A stretch of 64,000 bases of DNA, from the sequence record NC_061445.1; one strand, 5' to 3'. This document shows, piece by piece, positions 18,469-27,700 of this stretch (the stretch's first letter is position 1; the number at the start of each line of letters is the position of its first letter). The position numbers and the translations under genes were made by a program. Under the pieces are notes generated by a model. It was given only the letters and a program-made list of their open reading frames with translations. It was not told where the DNA came from and searched no databases.

Positions 18469-19643
18469 GCTGGCAGGTAACCGAAGTACAACAGCGTGTA
18501 GCCTTCGAACTTGTAGTTCAGACTAAACGCGTTCAGGCTATTGATGCTGCTACCGTGGAAGCCCATGTTGTGGCGTTCTTCACGACCGATGTTACGCAGC
18601 AACTCACGGAAGATACGCATGTCGAGAGAAGTAGTGAACTCTTTCTCAATCGGCTTCGCAAGTTTCAAGCTGTCTTGAACAGAACCGCTATCGTTGCCAA
18701 ACTTGAGTCGGAACTCCTGCTTCTTGATATGCAGCTTCGCGTTCGTGTTACCCTTCTTCTCGATCAGTGTCGAGATGTTAGCGAACGGTGCAGACAGATC
18801 GCCTTTAACAACACAACCCAACAGCGGCTTACCGAGTTGCGCAATCATGTTGTCCATGTAGCGATAGTCTTCGTCACTTGCCTGAATAGGCGGCAGCGTC
18901 AGAACGAACGATTCAGCTTCGGCAGCGAATGAACTGCTATCAACGTGGAACGTTACCTTCTCTTCACCGCAGAAGCGATACACGAGGTCGAACATCTCGC
19001 CGGTCATACTGAAACGGAACGGCTGCACTTTCTTTTTCAAGTCAGCACGATAACGAGAAGACGTCCAGTGTCCAGGGCTAACGAGGCTCAGACTTGAACC
19101 ATCGCAGATAACACGACACATCACGGTCTGGCCTGTGATTGTATCTTTCAGACGCGTCATCTTAACGCCCTGAGTCATCGCGTCGATTACTTCGCGTGTC
19201 ATCTCATGACCGCCGCTCAAGTGGTGACGCAGACCCTGTTCAACCATTGGGATTTGCTCGGCAGATACAGGGCGCAGTTTAACTTCGGACTTGTACTTGC
19301 CTTTCTGCTCGCTGATATGCAGCATCTTACCGTCGAACTCAACGTTCAGCTCTTTACGCTTGCTGATCAGGCCACCGAGTTGAATTGGGTCGATGTTCAT
19401 AATCGTATCTTCATCGGCAACTGCACCGGGAACGAGATACGCAACGAACGTATCAGGTGTACGACCGAGAATGAACACGTCGCCCTTATAGGTGACTAAC
19501 AGGTGGATGTGCGTCAGCTTGTCGTCCGACTCGGAGAAACGAGTTACGCTATCCACGCGTTTGAGAATGTCCGACAGGAAAGTACCGTTCAACGTGATAT
19601 TGCATTTCTTAGCGGGGTTCTTCGGTAATCGACAAGTCTTCAT
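18465..19643 (-). CDS. Putative sliding clamp, DnaN/beta-clamp-like (392 aa)
   Basis: Size and threefold beta-alpha pattern; N-terminal ITLNGTFLSDILKRVDSV...THIHLLV resembles the DnaN start; lies next to the DNA polymerase. Confidence 0.55.
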   Translation of the reverse strand: MKTCRLPKNPAKKCNITLNGTFLSDILKRVDSVTRFSESDDKLTHIHLLVTYKGDVFILGRTPDTFVAYLVPGAVADEDTIMNIDPIQLGGLISKRKELNVEFDGKMLHISEQKGKYKSEVKLRPVSAEQIPMVEQGLRHHLSGGHEMTREVIDAMTQGVKMTRLKDTITGQTVMCRVICDGSSLSLVSPGHWTSSRYRADLKKKVQPFRFSMTGEMFDLVYRFCGEEKVTFHVDSSSFAAEAESFVLTLPPIQASDEDYRYMDNMIAQLGKPLLGCVVKGDLSAPFANISTLIEKKGNTNAKLHIKKQEFRLKFGNDSGSVQDSLKLAKPIEKEFTTSLDMRIFRELLRNIGREERHNMGFHGSSINSLNAFSLNYKFEGYTLLYFGYLPA

Positions 19644-19902
19644 CTCTATCCTCTAAAACAAATTGTAGTGTGCCCTGTATATTTACAGCATTCAGGCGCT
19701 TACCTGTCTGTGCAATCAGGCCATTCAACACGCCGATAAGATCAGCGCTGTAGCAGTTCTCAGCAATCTTGTGGACGTACATATCGTCAGGCACATCGCC
19801 TGGGTTAAGCTGCCAAGCAGTACGCAAGGCAGCTCCCATGAAGGCCGGACGCTCCACCAGATGCTTGTTCAAAAACGAACATACATCTTCGGCAGTTATC
19901 AT
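19609..19902 (-). CDS. Hypothetical protein (97 aa)
   Basis: ATGA overlap with the polymerase stop. Confidence 0.6.
   Translation of the reverse strand: MITAEDVCSFLNKHLVERPAFMGAALRTAWQLNPGDVPDDMYVHKIAENCYSADLIGVLNGLIAQTGKRLNAVNIQGTLQFVLEDRDEDLSITEEPR
19680..19688 (-). promoter_or_regulatory. Class-M motif CTGTAAATA
   Basis: Exact copy 37 nt upstream of the clamp-like gene. Confidence 0.6.
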
Positions 19903-22900
19903 TTCTTCGTAATCCCCTTGAGCGCCAGTTTGAGCATCGACTTGCTGATTTTGATTTTCTTCTGAGGTGCAGCGCCACCAGCAGCGGCTGCCGCTTTCTT
20001 CGCTTTCTCCTCAGCTTCATACTTCTCGAACGTTTTAGTGTTCTCAGGAAGTTCAGCAAGCCACTCTTTGATGTTCTTCTTGTCTTTGTTGGTAAGAGGA
20101 TTGACTTTGTCCATAGAACGAATTTTGATATCGTTCGCCCAAAGCTGTTTCTTCATCCACTCAGACATAAGATGGTACTGGTCTTCCATGATAGAGTCCA
20201 GCGTCTTATCGACGTCGAGGTCTGTCTCACCGAGTTCATCACGTTTAATCTCAAGGCCATCTTTGATGATCTTCTTGAGCTGCACGTAAGAGAAGTTCCA
20301 GCTCTGCACATCTTTCTCGGACGCGCCGATTTCAAAGTCGATTTCAGGCACGGACGTGAACTCAAACCCTGCATGACGTTTCTGTACGACTTCGACCACT
20401 GCGCTGGTCATCGCACGTTCGATCATATCGAGCGCAAGGAAGATCCATTTGTAATCGCAGTCAACGGTCAAGGAGTCGTGTACCGATACGTTCATGTCGA
20501 AGTCTGGGTACTCGCCATTTGCTTTGAAGTATTCGTACTTCATGCGGTCAAGAATACGAATCGCACTCATCATCAGGTCAGAACCAAAACCCTGAACTGG
20601 ACTGTTTACCGCGCGACGATCACACGCAGCATGAACCATGTTGGCTTCTTTGTGTGACTCAGGCAGCATCAAGCCCCAGAGATGACGACGACGACCAACA
20701 GGCGATTCAACAAAGAAGTTCTCATGTGCAAACTTCTTAATCTTGTCGAACCACTTCAAGCCAACAGGGAATCGCGTAAGGAACTTGCCTTTGATTTCTG
20801 CAATCTCAGACACTTCACGACCTGTAGACTTCGCAAGACCTTTATCACCCTGCTGATAAATCAAGCCGAAGATAACTGTCTTAACCGCGTTACGTACGGA
20901 CTTGGTTACGTCCATTACGTTTGGAATGCCGAAGAAGTATGCGGCGTTGATTTTGTGAACGTCACCCTCTGCTTCGACGCGGTGTTCGATCCACGGGTCA
21001 GGCACTGTACGATAGCGATGACGCAACGCACGACCCTGTTCGAATACGTCTGCAACACCCTGGTCACCAGAGATGATTGACCAACCACGAACTTCGTGCG
21101 CTGAGTAGTCGACCTTGATAAGCAGGCGATTCTTACGCGCAATCAGAATACGTTTGATCAGTTTACCCATCTCACTACGCGACGGTACCTGTTGCAAGTT
21201 CGGGTCAGACGCAGAAGTACGACCCGTTACAACGCCGAGATAACCGTACGTTGGTCGAATAGATCTGTCGTGTTTGAAGTCTTCTGACTCGCCCCAGAGT
21301 TTAAGCAGACTGTTAACGTAGGCGTTCTTGAGCTTGTACGCTTTTCCGAGCTTCGAGTAGAGAGCAACAAGCGGTATATCTGCATACGCCGCTTGGAAGT
21401 CTTTGTCGAGCTTGCCCGTCTTCTTACCGTTCTCACGTAACTGCTCCCCTTCTTTCAGAGGCTTGAGTTTCATCACATCGAAGAACAGGATTTGTTTATG
21501 CTCCGACTTCGACATATCGAACTTGGTGACCTCGACTTTGCCCATAAGACCCATCTTAGGAACATTGTCGTCTTTGCAGATCATCTTGTTCGCAGCCTTA
21601 ACTTCAGGGCTGTTCATGAACTCACGCTCTACGTTTCGAATCTCCTCGTTGATTGGAGAGTTAGGAAGGTTGAGCTTAAACAGGTAGTCGATATCAGCGC
21701 CAGCACCTGTTGTCTCAAGTATCGAGAACGCATGAATCTGGTCTGAGATTTGCTCACTGACCATAGACTCATACTTACCGTACTTGATATCGTTCGCTCG
21801 AAGCATCTGCTTCTCTGCAATGCGGAACGGCACAATAACGTCGAGGCCAGCATACTCTTGCACGTTTTCATCAAGGTCAACGTCTGCAATCGTCGCTCGC
21901 ATCTCTTTACCGAACGATACTTCGTGATACACGGTACAACCGAACTGCATCGTCAGGTTCGCCAAGTTGTAGTAACCGTTACCGGTGACGTTCAACAACG
22001 ACTTGGCGTTTTCATCAAAGGCAAACTCACCCGCCTGAATATCCCAAACGTTTGCTGCGTAACTACGAATGCCGAAGTTAGAGCGCATTACGTTCAGGTC
22101 GAACTTCGCGTTGGTATAGATTTGATACTTGTTCGTGTTCTCCTCAAAGAAGTCACGGAACAGTTCTTTCACCTTACGCAGTTCTTTCGGACTGAATGGG
22201 CTGTCTCTGTGATAGACAGGTATGACATACGCTTTCTTACCGTTGTCCGATAACTGCACCGTCAGAATCTTGTTCTTGATACGGTTCAGGTTCTCGGTTT
22301 CGGTATCGACTGCAACCTTCTTGGAACGCTTCATACGCTTCAAGATTTTCTCAAGCTGCTTGACCTTCGTTACATACACGAGGTCCCAGTTACGCTTCTT
22401 ACCGCACGTAACTTCGTCGATCTTATAGCGCATTCCCTTGTTCAGCCACGGCAACATCCAACGTGCCATGTAACCCAGAGTGTACGATGAACCTGCAATG
22501 TGCATCGGGTTCAACACTGTGTGGTAGCTGACGTTCGGTAGATGAATGAAGCTGTGCTTCTTCCCATCGAACTTTAACTTCGTTGGGATTTCAACACCGT
22601 ACCAGTGCTCGTAGTGCTCTTTCGAGAACTGGATCTTCTCGTTGTTCAACGCTTTGAACGGCGCTTTACCAAACGTCAGGACGTAATCAGGTTTATAGTC
22701 TACGATGATTTCTCGCAGACGATTGGCGAACGCGGCATCAGCATCTTCCTTGAACTGCTCACCCTTGTCATACGTCTTGAACATGTTATACGAGATAACA
22801 AGGAAGCTCCAGTCATCGAGAGTAGTCTTTGTCGGGAAGACGTCCTCAAGATACTGCATCTGGTTCAAGAACAACTCACCTTCTGTCGAGGTAAAGATTC

Positions 22901-23072
22901 TACCACTACGCAGGTCTTCTGTCGGCATATGATCAAGGACGAGTAGCGCTTTACCGCCTTTAGCGCTTTTGCTTACGCTTTTTAATAATCGAACACCGTC
23001 ATAGGTCTGCATGTCTGCAAACTGCTCTGGCGGGTCGAAGTCGAGTGAAATAAACTTGGGTTTGTTCACCAT
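19899..23072 (-). CDS. polA: Family A DNA polymerase with N-terminal UDG-like domain and 3'-5' exonuclease (1057 aa)
   Basis: Exo: VAVDTETE, NAKFD, YAGLD. Pol: TGRTSASDPNLQQVP, DYSAHEVR, KTVIFGLIY, NSPVQG, VHDS. The first ~210 aa have UDG-family-4-like spacing (KPDYVLTFGKAPF). Confidence 0.93.
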   Translation of the reverse strand: MVNKPKFISLDFDPPEQFADMQTYDGVRLLKSVSKSAKGGKALLVLDHMPTEDLRSGRIFTSTEGELFLNQMQYLEDVFPTKTTLDDWSFLVISYNMFKTYDKGEQFKEDADAAFANRLREIIVDYKPDYVLTFGKAPFKALNNEKIQFSKEHYEHWYGVEIPTKLKFDGKKHSFIHLPNVSYHTVLNPMHIAGSSYTLGYMARWMLPWLNKGMRYKIDEVTCGKKRNWDLVYVTKVKQLEKILKRMKRSKKVAVDTETENLNRIKNKILTVQLSDNGKKAYVIPVYHRDSPFSPKELRKVKELFRDFFEENTNKYQIYTNAKFDLNVMRSNFGIRSYAANVWDIQAGEFAFDENAKSLLNVTGNGYYNLANLTMQFGCTVYHEVSFGKEMRATIADVDLDENVQEYAGLDVIVPFRIAEKQMLRANDIKYGKYESMVSEQISDQIHAFSILETTGAGADIDYLFKLNLPNSPINEEIRNVEREFMNSPEVKAANKMICKDDNVPKMGLMGKVEVTKFDMSKSEHKQILFFDVMKLKPLKEGEQLRENGKKTGKLDKDFQAAYADIPLVALYSKLGKAYKLKNAYVNSLLKLWGESEDFKHDRSIRPTYGYLGVVTGRTSASDPNLQQVPSRSEMGKLIKRILIARKNRLLIKVDYSAHEVRGWSIISGDQGVADVFEQGRALRHRYRTVPDPWIEHRVEAEGDVHKINAAYFFGIPNVMDVTKSVRNAVKTVIFGLIYQQGDKGLAKSTGREVSEIAEIKGKFLTRFPVGLKWFDKIKKFAHENFFVESPVGRRRHLWGLMLPESHKEANMVHAACDRRAVNSPVQGFGSDLMMSAIRILDRMKYEYFKANGEYPDFDMNVSVHDSLTVDCDYKWIFLALDMIERAMTSAVVEVVQKRHAGFEFTSVPEIDFEIGASEKDVQSWNFSYVQLKKIIKDGLEIKRDELGETDLDVDKTLDSIMEDQYHLMSEWMKKQLWANDIKIRSMDKVNPLTNKDKKNIKEWLAELPENTKTFEKYEAEEKAKKAAAAAGGAAPQKKIKISKSMLKLALKGITKK

Positions 23073-23107
23073 CTAGTCCTATCAGTGCGTCACATATTGA
23101 TGGCTGT

Positions 23108-23116
23108 TATTTACAG
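23108..23116 (-). promoter_or_regulatory. Class-M motif CTGTAAATA
   Basis: Intergenic, 36 nt upstream of the polymerase, just downstream of a terminator. Confidence 0.7.
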
Positions 23117-23128
23117 ATTCCGAAAAGC

Positions 23129-23155
23129 AAAAAGGGCAGCCGAAGCCACCCTTTT
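23129..23155 (-). terminator. Repeated-family terminator GGGTGGC-TTCG-GCTGCCC-TTTTT
   Basis: Hairpin plus U-tract after the 23165 stop. Confidence 0.85.
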
Positions 23156-23164
23156 GGATTAAAT

Positions 23165-24187
23165 TTACAGAGCTTTAACGGCGTCGTAGAACGCTGCGTA
23201 AGCATCGCTGTAGAGCGTAAAGTTGCCCAGCTGTTTGAATGCAGATTTAGGCAGATCGCTTGGAGCACCAGCAGTCGGATTGTACTTCGCAACAGTGAAT
23301 GCGCCACGGCCACGAGCTTGCTTAATCTCACCAATCATTCCACCGGACGGACCAAGAACAATACCAATCTTCTTGGTTTCGCTCATGACGAAGATACAAT
23401 CTTCTTCCCCGCCCATATTGGCAACAGAAGCAGTTACGCTCTTATTAGGTGCAGGCAGCTTCATCAGCTTGAATAGAGCCTTGACGTTTTCACCTTCTCC
23501 GCCACGCATGAGGGCATTGTAGAGATTGTCATAGGACTCAGAGCGAGCCTGATTACGCGCAACAGTCTTAGCGCCAGGAGTGCCGCCAGTCTGTTTCTGA
23601 TTCGGACTTTGCGTCCACGTCAGACCTTCATCCAGGCAGTTCTGGCCGGTCATCGCTTCCTGAATGATCACACGCTTGTCTTTGCCTGTCTCAATATTCT
23701 TATCAGCTTCGGCCTTAGTTTTGTACGGGCCTTTGATGATAGTGTCGTTGGCGTGACGAGTGTGATCGACAACGTACCACTTGTTGCGTTCGATCTTACC
23801 GTTCGCATCTACCGTTTTAGCACTTACCGGACGTGACGTTTTAGCAGGAGCGTCTTGTCGAATAGCTACAGGCTTGATCTTGATTGCACGAAGACCGTTG
23901 ATTGTAGCCACCAGCGTTTTGGCTTTGTACAGGTTCTTCATCGCAGTGACAAGATTCTTGCCTGCAGCTTTCTTGGCCAGTGCGGTAGTAGCATCGGCAT
24001 CGTTCAGCAGGTCGAGAACAGCGGCCAGCTTTGCAGTGTCCAGCTCTTTGATCTTAACCAGCTCATCGATCTTCTTAACGATAAGTTTTGCGTTCTTACC
24101 GAAGAGAATCTCGGCATTAGCCAGTTGCTTTTTGTTAGCAGCGGAGATTGATACCACCGTGCCTGAATCAAGGGTAATGTCGAACAT
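23165..24187 (-). CDS. Basic Lys/Ala-rich putative internal virion protein (340 aa)
   Basis: High K/A content; N-terminal VVSISA motif. Confidence 0.6.
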   Translation of the reverse strand: MFDITLDSGTVVSISAANKKQLANAEILFGKNAKLIVKKIDELVKIKELDTAKLAAVLDLLNDADATTALAKKAAGKNLVTAMKNLYKAKTLVATINGLRAIKIKPVAIRQDAPAKTSRPVSAKTVDANGKIERNKWYVVDHTRHANDTIIKGPYKTKAEADKNIETGKDKRVIIQEAMTGQNCLDEGLTWTQSPNQKQTGGTPGAKTVARNQARSESYDNLYNALMRGGEGENVKALFKLMKLPAPNKSVTASVANMGGEEDCIFVMSETKKIGIVLGPSGGMIGEIKQARGRGAFTVAKYNPTAGAPSDLPKSAFKQLGNFTLYSDAYAAFYDAVKAL

Positions 24188-24196
24188 TGTCGTTCC

Positions 24197-24742
24197 TTAT
24201 CGTTTCTTGGTCCAGTTGTTCTGCGGCTTAGGCTGCTCGACAGTCTCAGGCGAAGTGTTCTCCTCAGAGATTTCTTCTTCCTCGTCTTCGTCTTCAACCT
24301 CATCAGCCGCAGGCTCAGGAGCCTGATTGGTATTGAGTACGGACGCTGCGATAGGTGCTTGTGCTACAGTGTTTACAGTAGCGACAGGTTCAGCAGCAGC
24401 CGCTTCACGCGCTTTGGCGACTTCACCAACAGCGTGTTCGTGCACCTTATCAGTAGTAAGCAGAGCGCCTTTCTCTTTTAAAATAGCATCTGCTTTCTCT
24501 TGATCCCACTGGTCCCACAGGATATCAAGACCCTTGAATGCGTAGTTCATGCCTTTCGGCAGCTTGCCACGGCCATTGAAAGGCAGACCGTTTGAAGGAG
24601 TAGCTGGCTCGAACTCGTCCATCATCTCCCACTTACGTTTTGCTTCAATGCACTTCGGTCCCCACACACCGTCACACTGACCGTCGTACAGACCGAGCAG
24701 AGTCATGATGACTTGGAGCTTCTGATAGAATTTGTTCAGCAT
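24197..24742 (-). CDS. Peptidoglycan-binding-domain protein (181 aa) with acidic low-complexity tail
   Basis: LLGLYDGQCDGVWGPKCIEA matches the PG_binding_1 G.Y.G..DG.WGP pattern. Confidence 0.6.
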   Translation of the reverse strand: MLNKFYQKLQVIMTLLGLYDGQCDGVWGPKCIEAKRKWEMMDEFEPATPSNGLPFNGRGKLPKGMNYAFKGLDILWDQWDQEKADAILKEKGALLTTDKVHEHAVGEVAKAREAAAAEPVATVNTVAQAPIAASVLNTNQAPEPAADEVEDEDEEEEISEENTSPETVEQPKPQNNWTKKR

Positions 24743-24758
24743 AGCGAGTCCTCTTACG

Positions 24759-24780
24759 AAAGGAGGGGCCGAAGCCCCTT
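24759..24780 (-). terminator. UUCG hairpin with weak U-tract after the SNF2 gene
   Basis: AGGGGC-TTCG-GCCCCT then CCTTT. Confidence 0.5.
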
Positions 24781-24785
24781 ACCTT

Positions 24786-27700
24786 TTAGACTGATTTGTT
24801 TTTCGACATGGTGAGTTTCAGCTTGTCGAGCGCAGTGGTCACACGTTTGATATTCGTGATTGTGTAGCCAGCTTTCACGATCTTGTTGATGCGTGATTTC
24901 GCAGTAGCGACATTCTTCACGAACCCAATCCACATACCCGGCGCCTGGTCGAACGTACCGAACTTACGAGTGTTCGGAATCTTCGTGCCAACAAAGCGTT
25001 TCATTTTCGGGTTGGTCTTGAGGTCAAACATGATACGCAGTCGATCTTCCATAACCATTGGGTATGCCTTGATGTGGTTCTTATCAGAGGCAGACTTATG
25101 CTTAACGAGGAAGAACTTCGGCAACTGCTCTTGACCCTTCGTGGCCAGCTTAACGTTGAAGCCCATGCGCGGCGTTGACTCGTCGAAGAAGTCCAGAACA
25201 AACTCCAGACGCTTCTCGGACATACGGTCGAACGACAGCTTTTTCTTGACCTCGATGAAGTCAAGCAGTGCTTCGAAGTCAGCGTAGTAGGCGCAGTCGT
25301 AATAGACGTAATCGCCGAACTCCACGAAGTCGAACTCTTTGAGCGCCTTAGCATCAGGGTCAGTTGCATCAGCGTACAGAGCAACGAATCCGTTGTACAC
25401 TGTAGGCGTCAGCTCCAGAGCCATGTCACTACCAGTCGCCTCTGCCACGGCTTTCGCTCCAGGCTTCATGCGAGTAGTTGTGTTTGCCAGAGGCGGCAGG
25501 TCAGCGGCCTTACGACGGCGAACTTTCTTGGCAGCTTCTTCAACACCTTCGTTGATTGGCTTACCTTCTTCCTTGTTCTGCTTACGCTGGGCAACACGCG
25601 CAGCTTTACGCGCTTGCGCTTCGACCTTCTTCTCAGTCTCTTTGGTATCTGCTGTCTGCGTTTCGTCGAGAACGGTGTCTTCAACTTCAACACGGTTCGC
25701 TTCGGCATTAGCACGTTTGCGGTCTTTCTCATTCGCCCACGGCTTACGCTGTTCGAAGAAACGTTTCAGGTCAGCTTTATCCACCTTCGTTGCGATGTGA
25801 ACTTTCGTCGCAGGAATAGAGACAGTCTCACCAGTTCCGGCCAGACGTACACGCACAGTGCTGATTGGACTATCTGCACGGAGCTTACCGTCAACCATAC
25901 GAGCAGTGACAGACACGATCAGACCGTTACCGTATTCAGTAACTACTGGCGCACGATTCAGAGAGTCTTTCAGATTCTCACCGCTTGCGAAGTTGCGGTT
26001 ACGTGCCCAATCCAGAATACGCTCCAGACCCCAGCCATGACGATCAGGAATCTTCTGGTTCGCTACGAACGGAGTCTGCTCCATCACGCGGAAGTCATTC
26101 AGAGCAGGCGTAGACGGCAGCGCTTGCATTGCTGCAACCGTTGTGCGACGCATCTCTTGGAACTCCTGCGATTCGATTTCGTTCAGATCACGTTTCGCCA
26201 AGAAGTACGGCTCGAAGTCTTTCATCGTGTTGTTATCAAGCAGGAGCGATGGGCTCATCTTGATCGGGTCCAGCTTATACTGGTCGAGTGCTTCGTAACG
26301 CTTGTTGCCCTTCTCATCGAAGCGAGTCTTCTCAAGCGTCTTCCACATCAGACGAGCGACCTTACCAACTTCCAAGGTCTTATTCGTCATTACCCAGTCG
26401 ATGAAGACAACTTCACGAGCCATGTCGCCTGGCTTACCGTTCTCGTCCAGCTTCGCAGCAGCAACGTCAGGACGGAAGATACGCGCAGTAGACTGATCGT
26501 ATGTGCCCGGTGACCACGGAGTATCGCAGCGGATGATACGGCTACCCATCTGCATGTTGTGGCCTTCGGAGATCGCTTGTTCGTTCGCAATCAGAATCTG
26601 AACGTTCGGGTCAGTTTTGAATGCGTCGAGGTTAGCGTCTTTGTTCTGGCCGAGCTTACCGACTTCACCATGATACACTACAGCGACTTTCTTATAGTTC
26701 GCTGGCAGCGCATTGTAGATCGCGTTTGCAGCACGGACGTAGCGCGTGAACACAATCAGTTTGCCCTGCACTTCCGGCTTCCAGTAGTCTGGATCATCCG
26801 GCGGCGGAGTCATTGAAGGCGGCAGGTCTTGACGCTGGAACTCTTCGGACTGCTTACGCGCCAGATACTTCTGTCCGTTGTAGACAGCGATATCCAATTC
26901 ACGAGGCTGCACACCCGGTTTCCATTCGAAGATCTGTTGCTCTTTAACCATAATGTCACGTTCAGGTTGCACTTCGAAGTGCTTCTTGATACGGTCGATA
27001 ATGGTCAGCACTTTGGCCGAAACGAAGTTGTTAACGCCAGCAGCTTCAAACGTCAGACGAGCAACGTCATCACCCATTGGGTCAGTCAGCATCATCTCCA
27101 TACGCTGGAAGTACATGTTCAGGTCTGCGTTGCCCGCAAGCAGTGCGCCTAAATCATCGCCTTCTTCGATATCATCTTCGTCTATATCGGTCGCGTTCTC
27201 GTTGTCACCGCCACCAGTTTCATCGTCCTCGTCATCAGATGACTTAGACTTCTTGGCGTTTCGTGCGGCTTCGTCGAGTTTCTCCAGCACTTCTGCGTAC
27301 ATTGCGTTGTACACTTCTTGGTGCAGAGCAGAGTTCGGAACTGACGGGTCATCGATCTCAACCTGAATGAAGGTATCAATCGGGTTCGGCAGCATGAACG
27401 CCCAGTGCTTACGCTTGAACGAGATGAACGCTGTATGGTTTGCCATACGTGAGTGCGCACGACGAATCATTTCGATATCGTCTTTCGCGCCGTCATACGC
27501 AACATCCAGTGAGTCACCGAACATCGCAGGCGTCATCAGTGCAGCCTGACCAACGATATCACGCACACGGTCAGTTACCAGCGTACCAGTAGCGATACGA
27601 GCATAGCGAACAGACGGAGCAGTGAAGACCGCTTTGGTGTTGAAGTGAACCTGAGAGCCAGCCTGACCGCCAGAGAAGTTCTTCACTTTGTGAGACTCAT

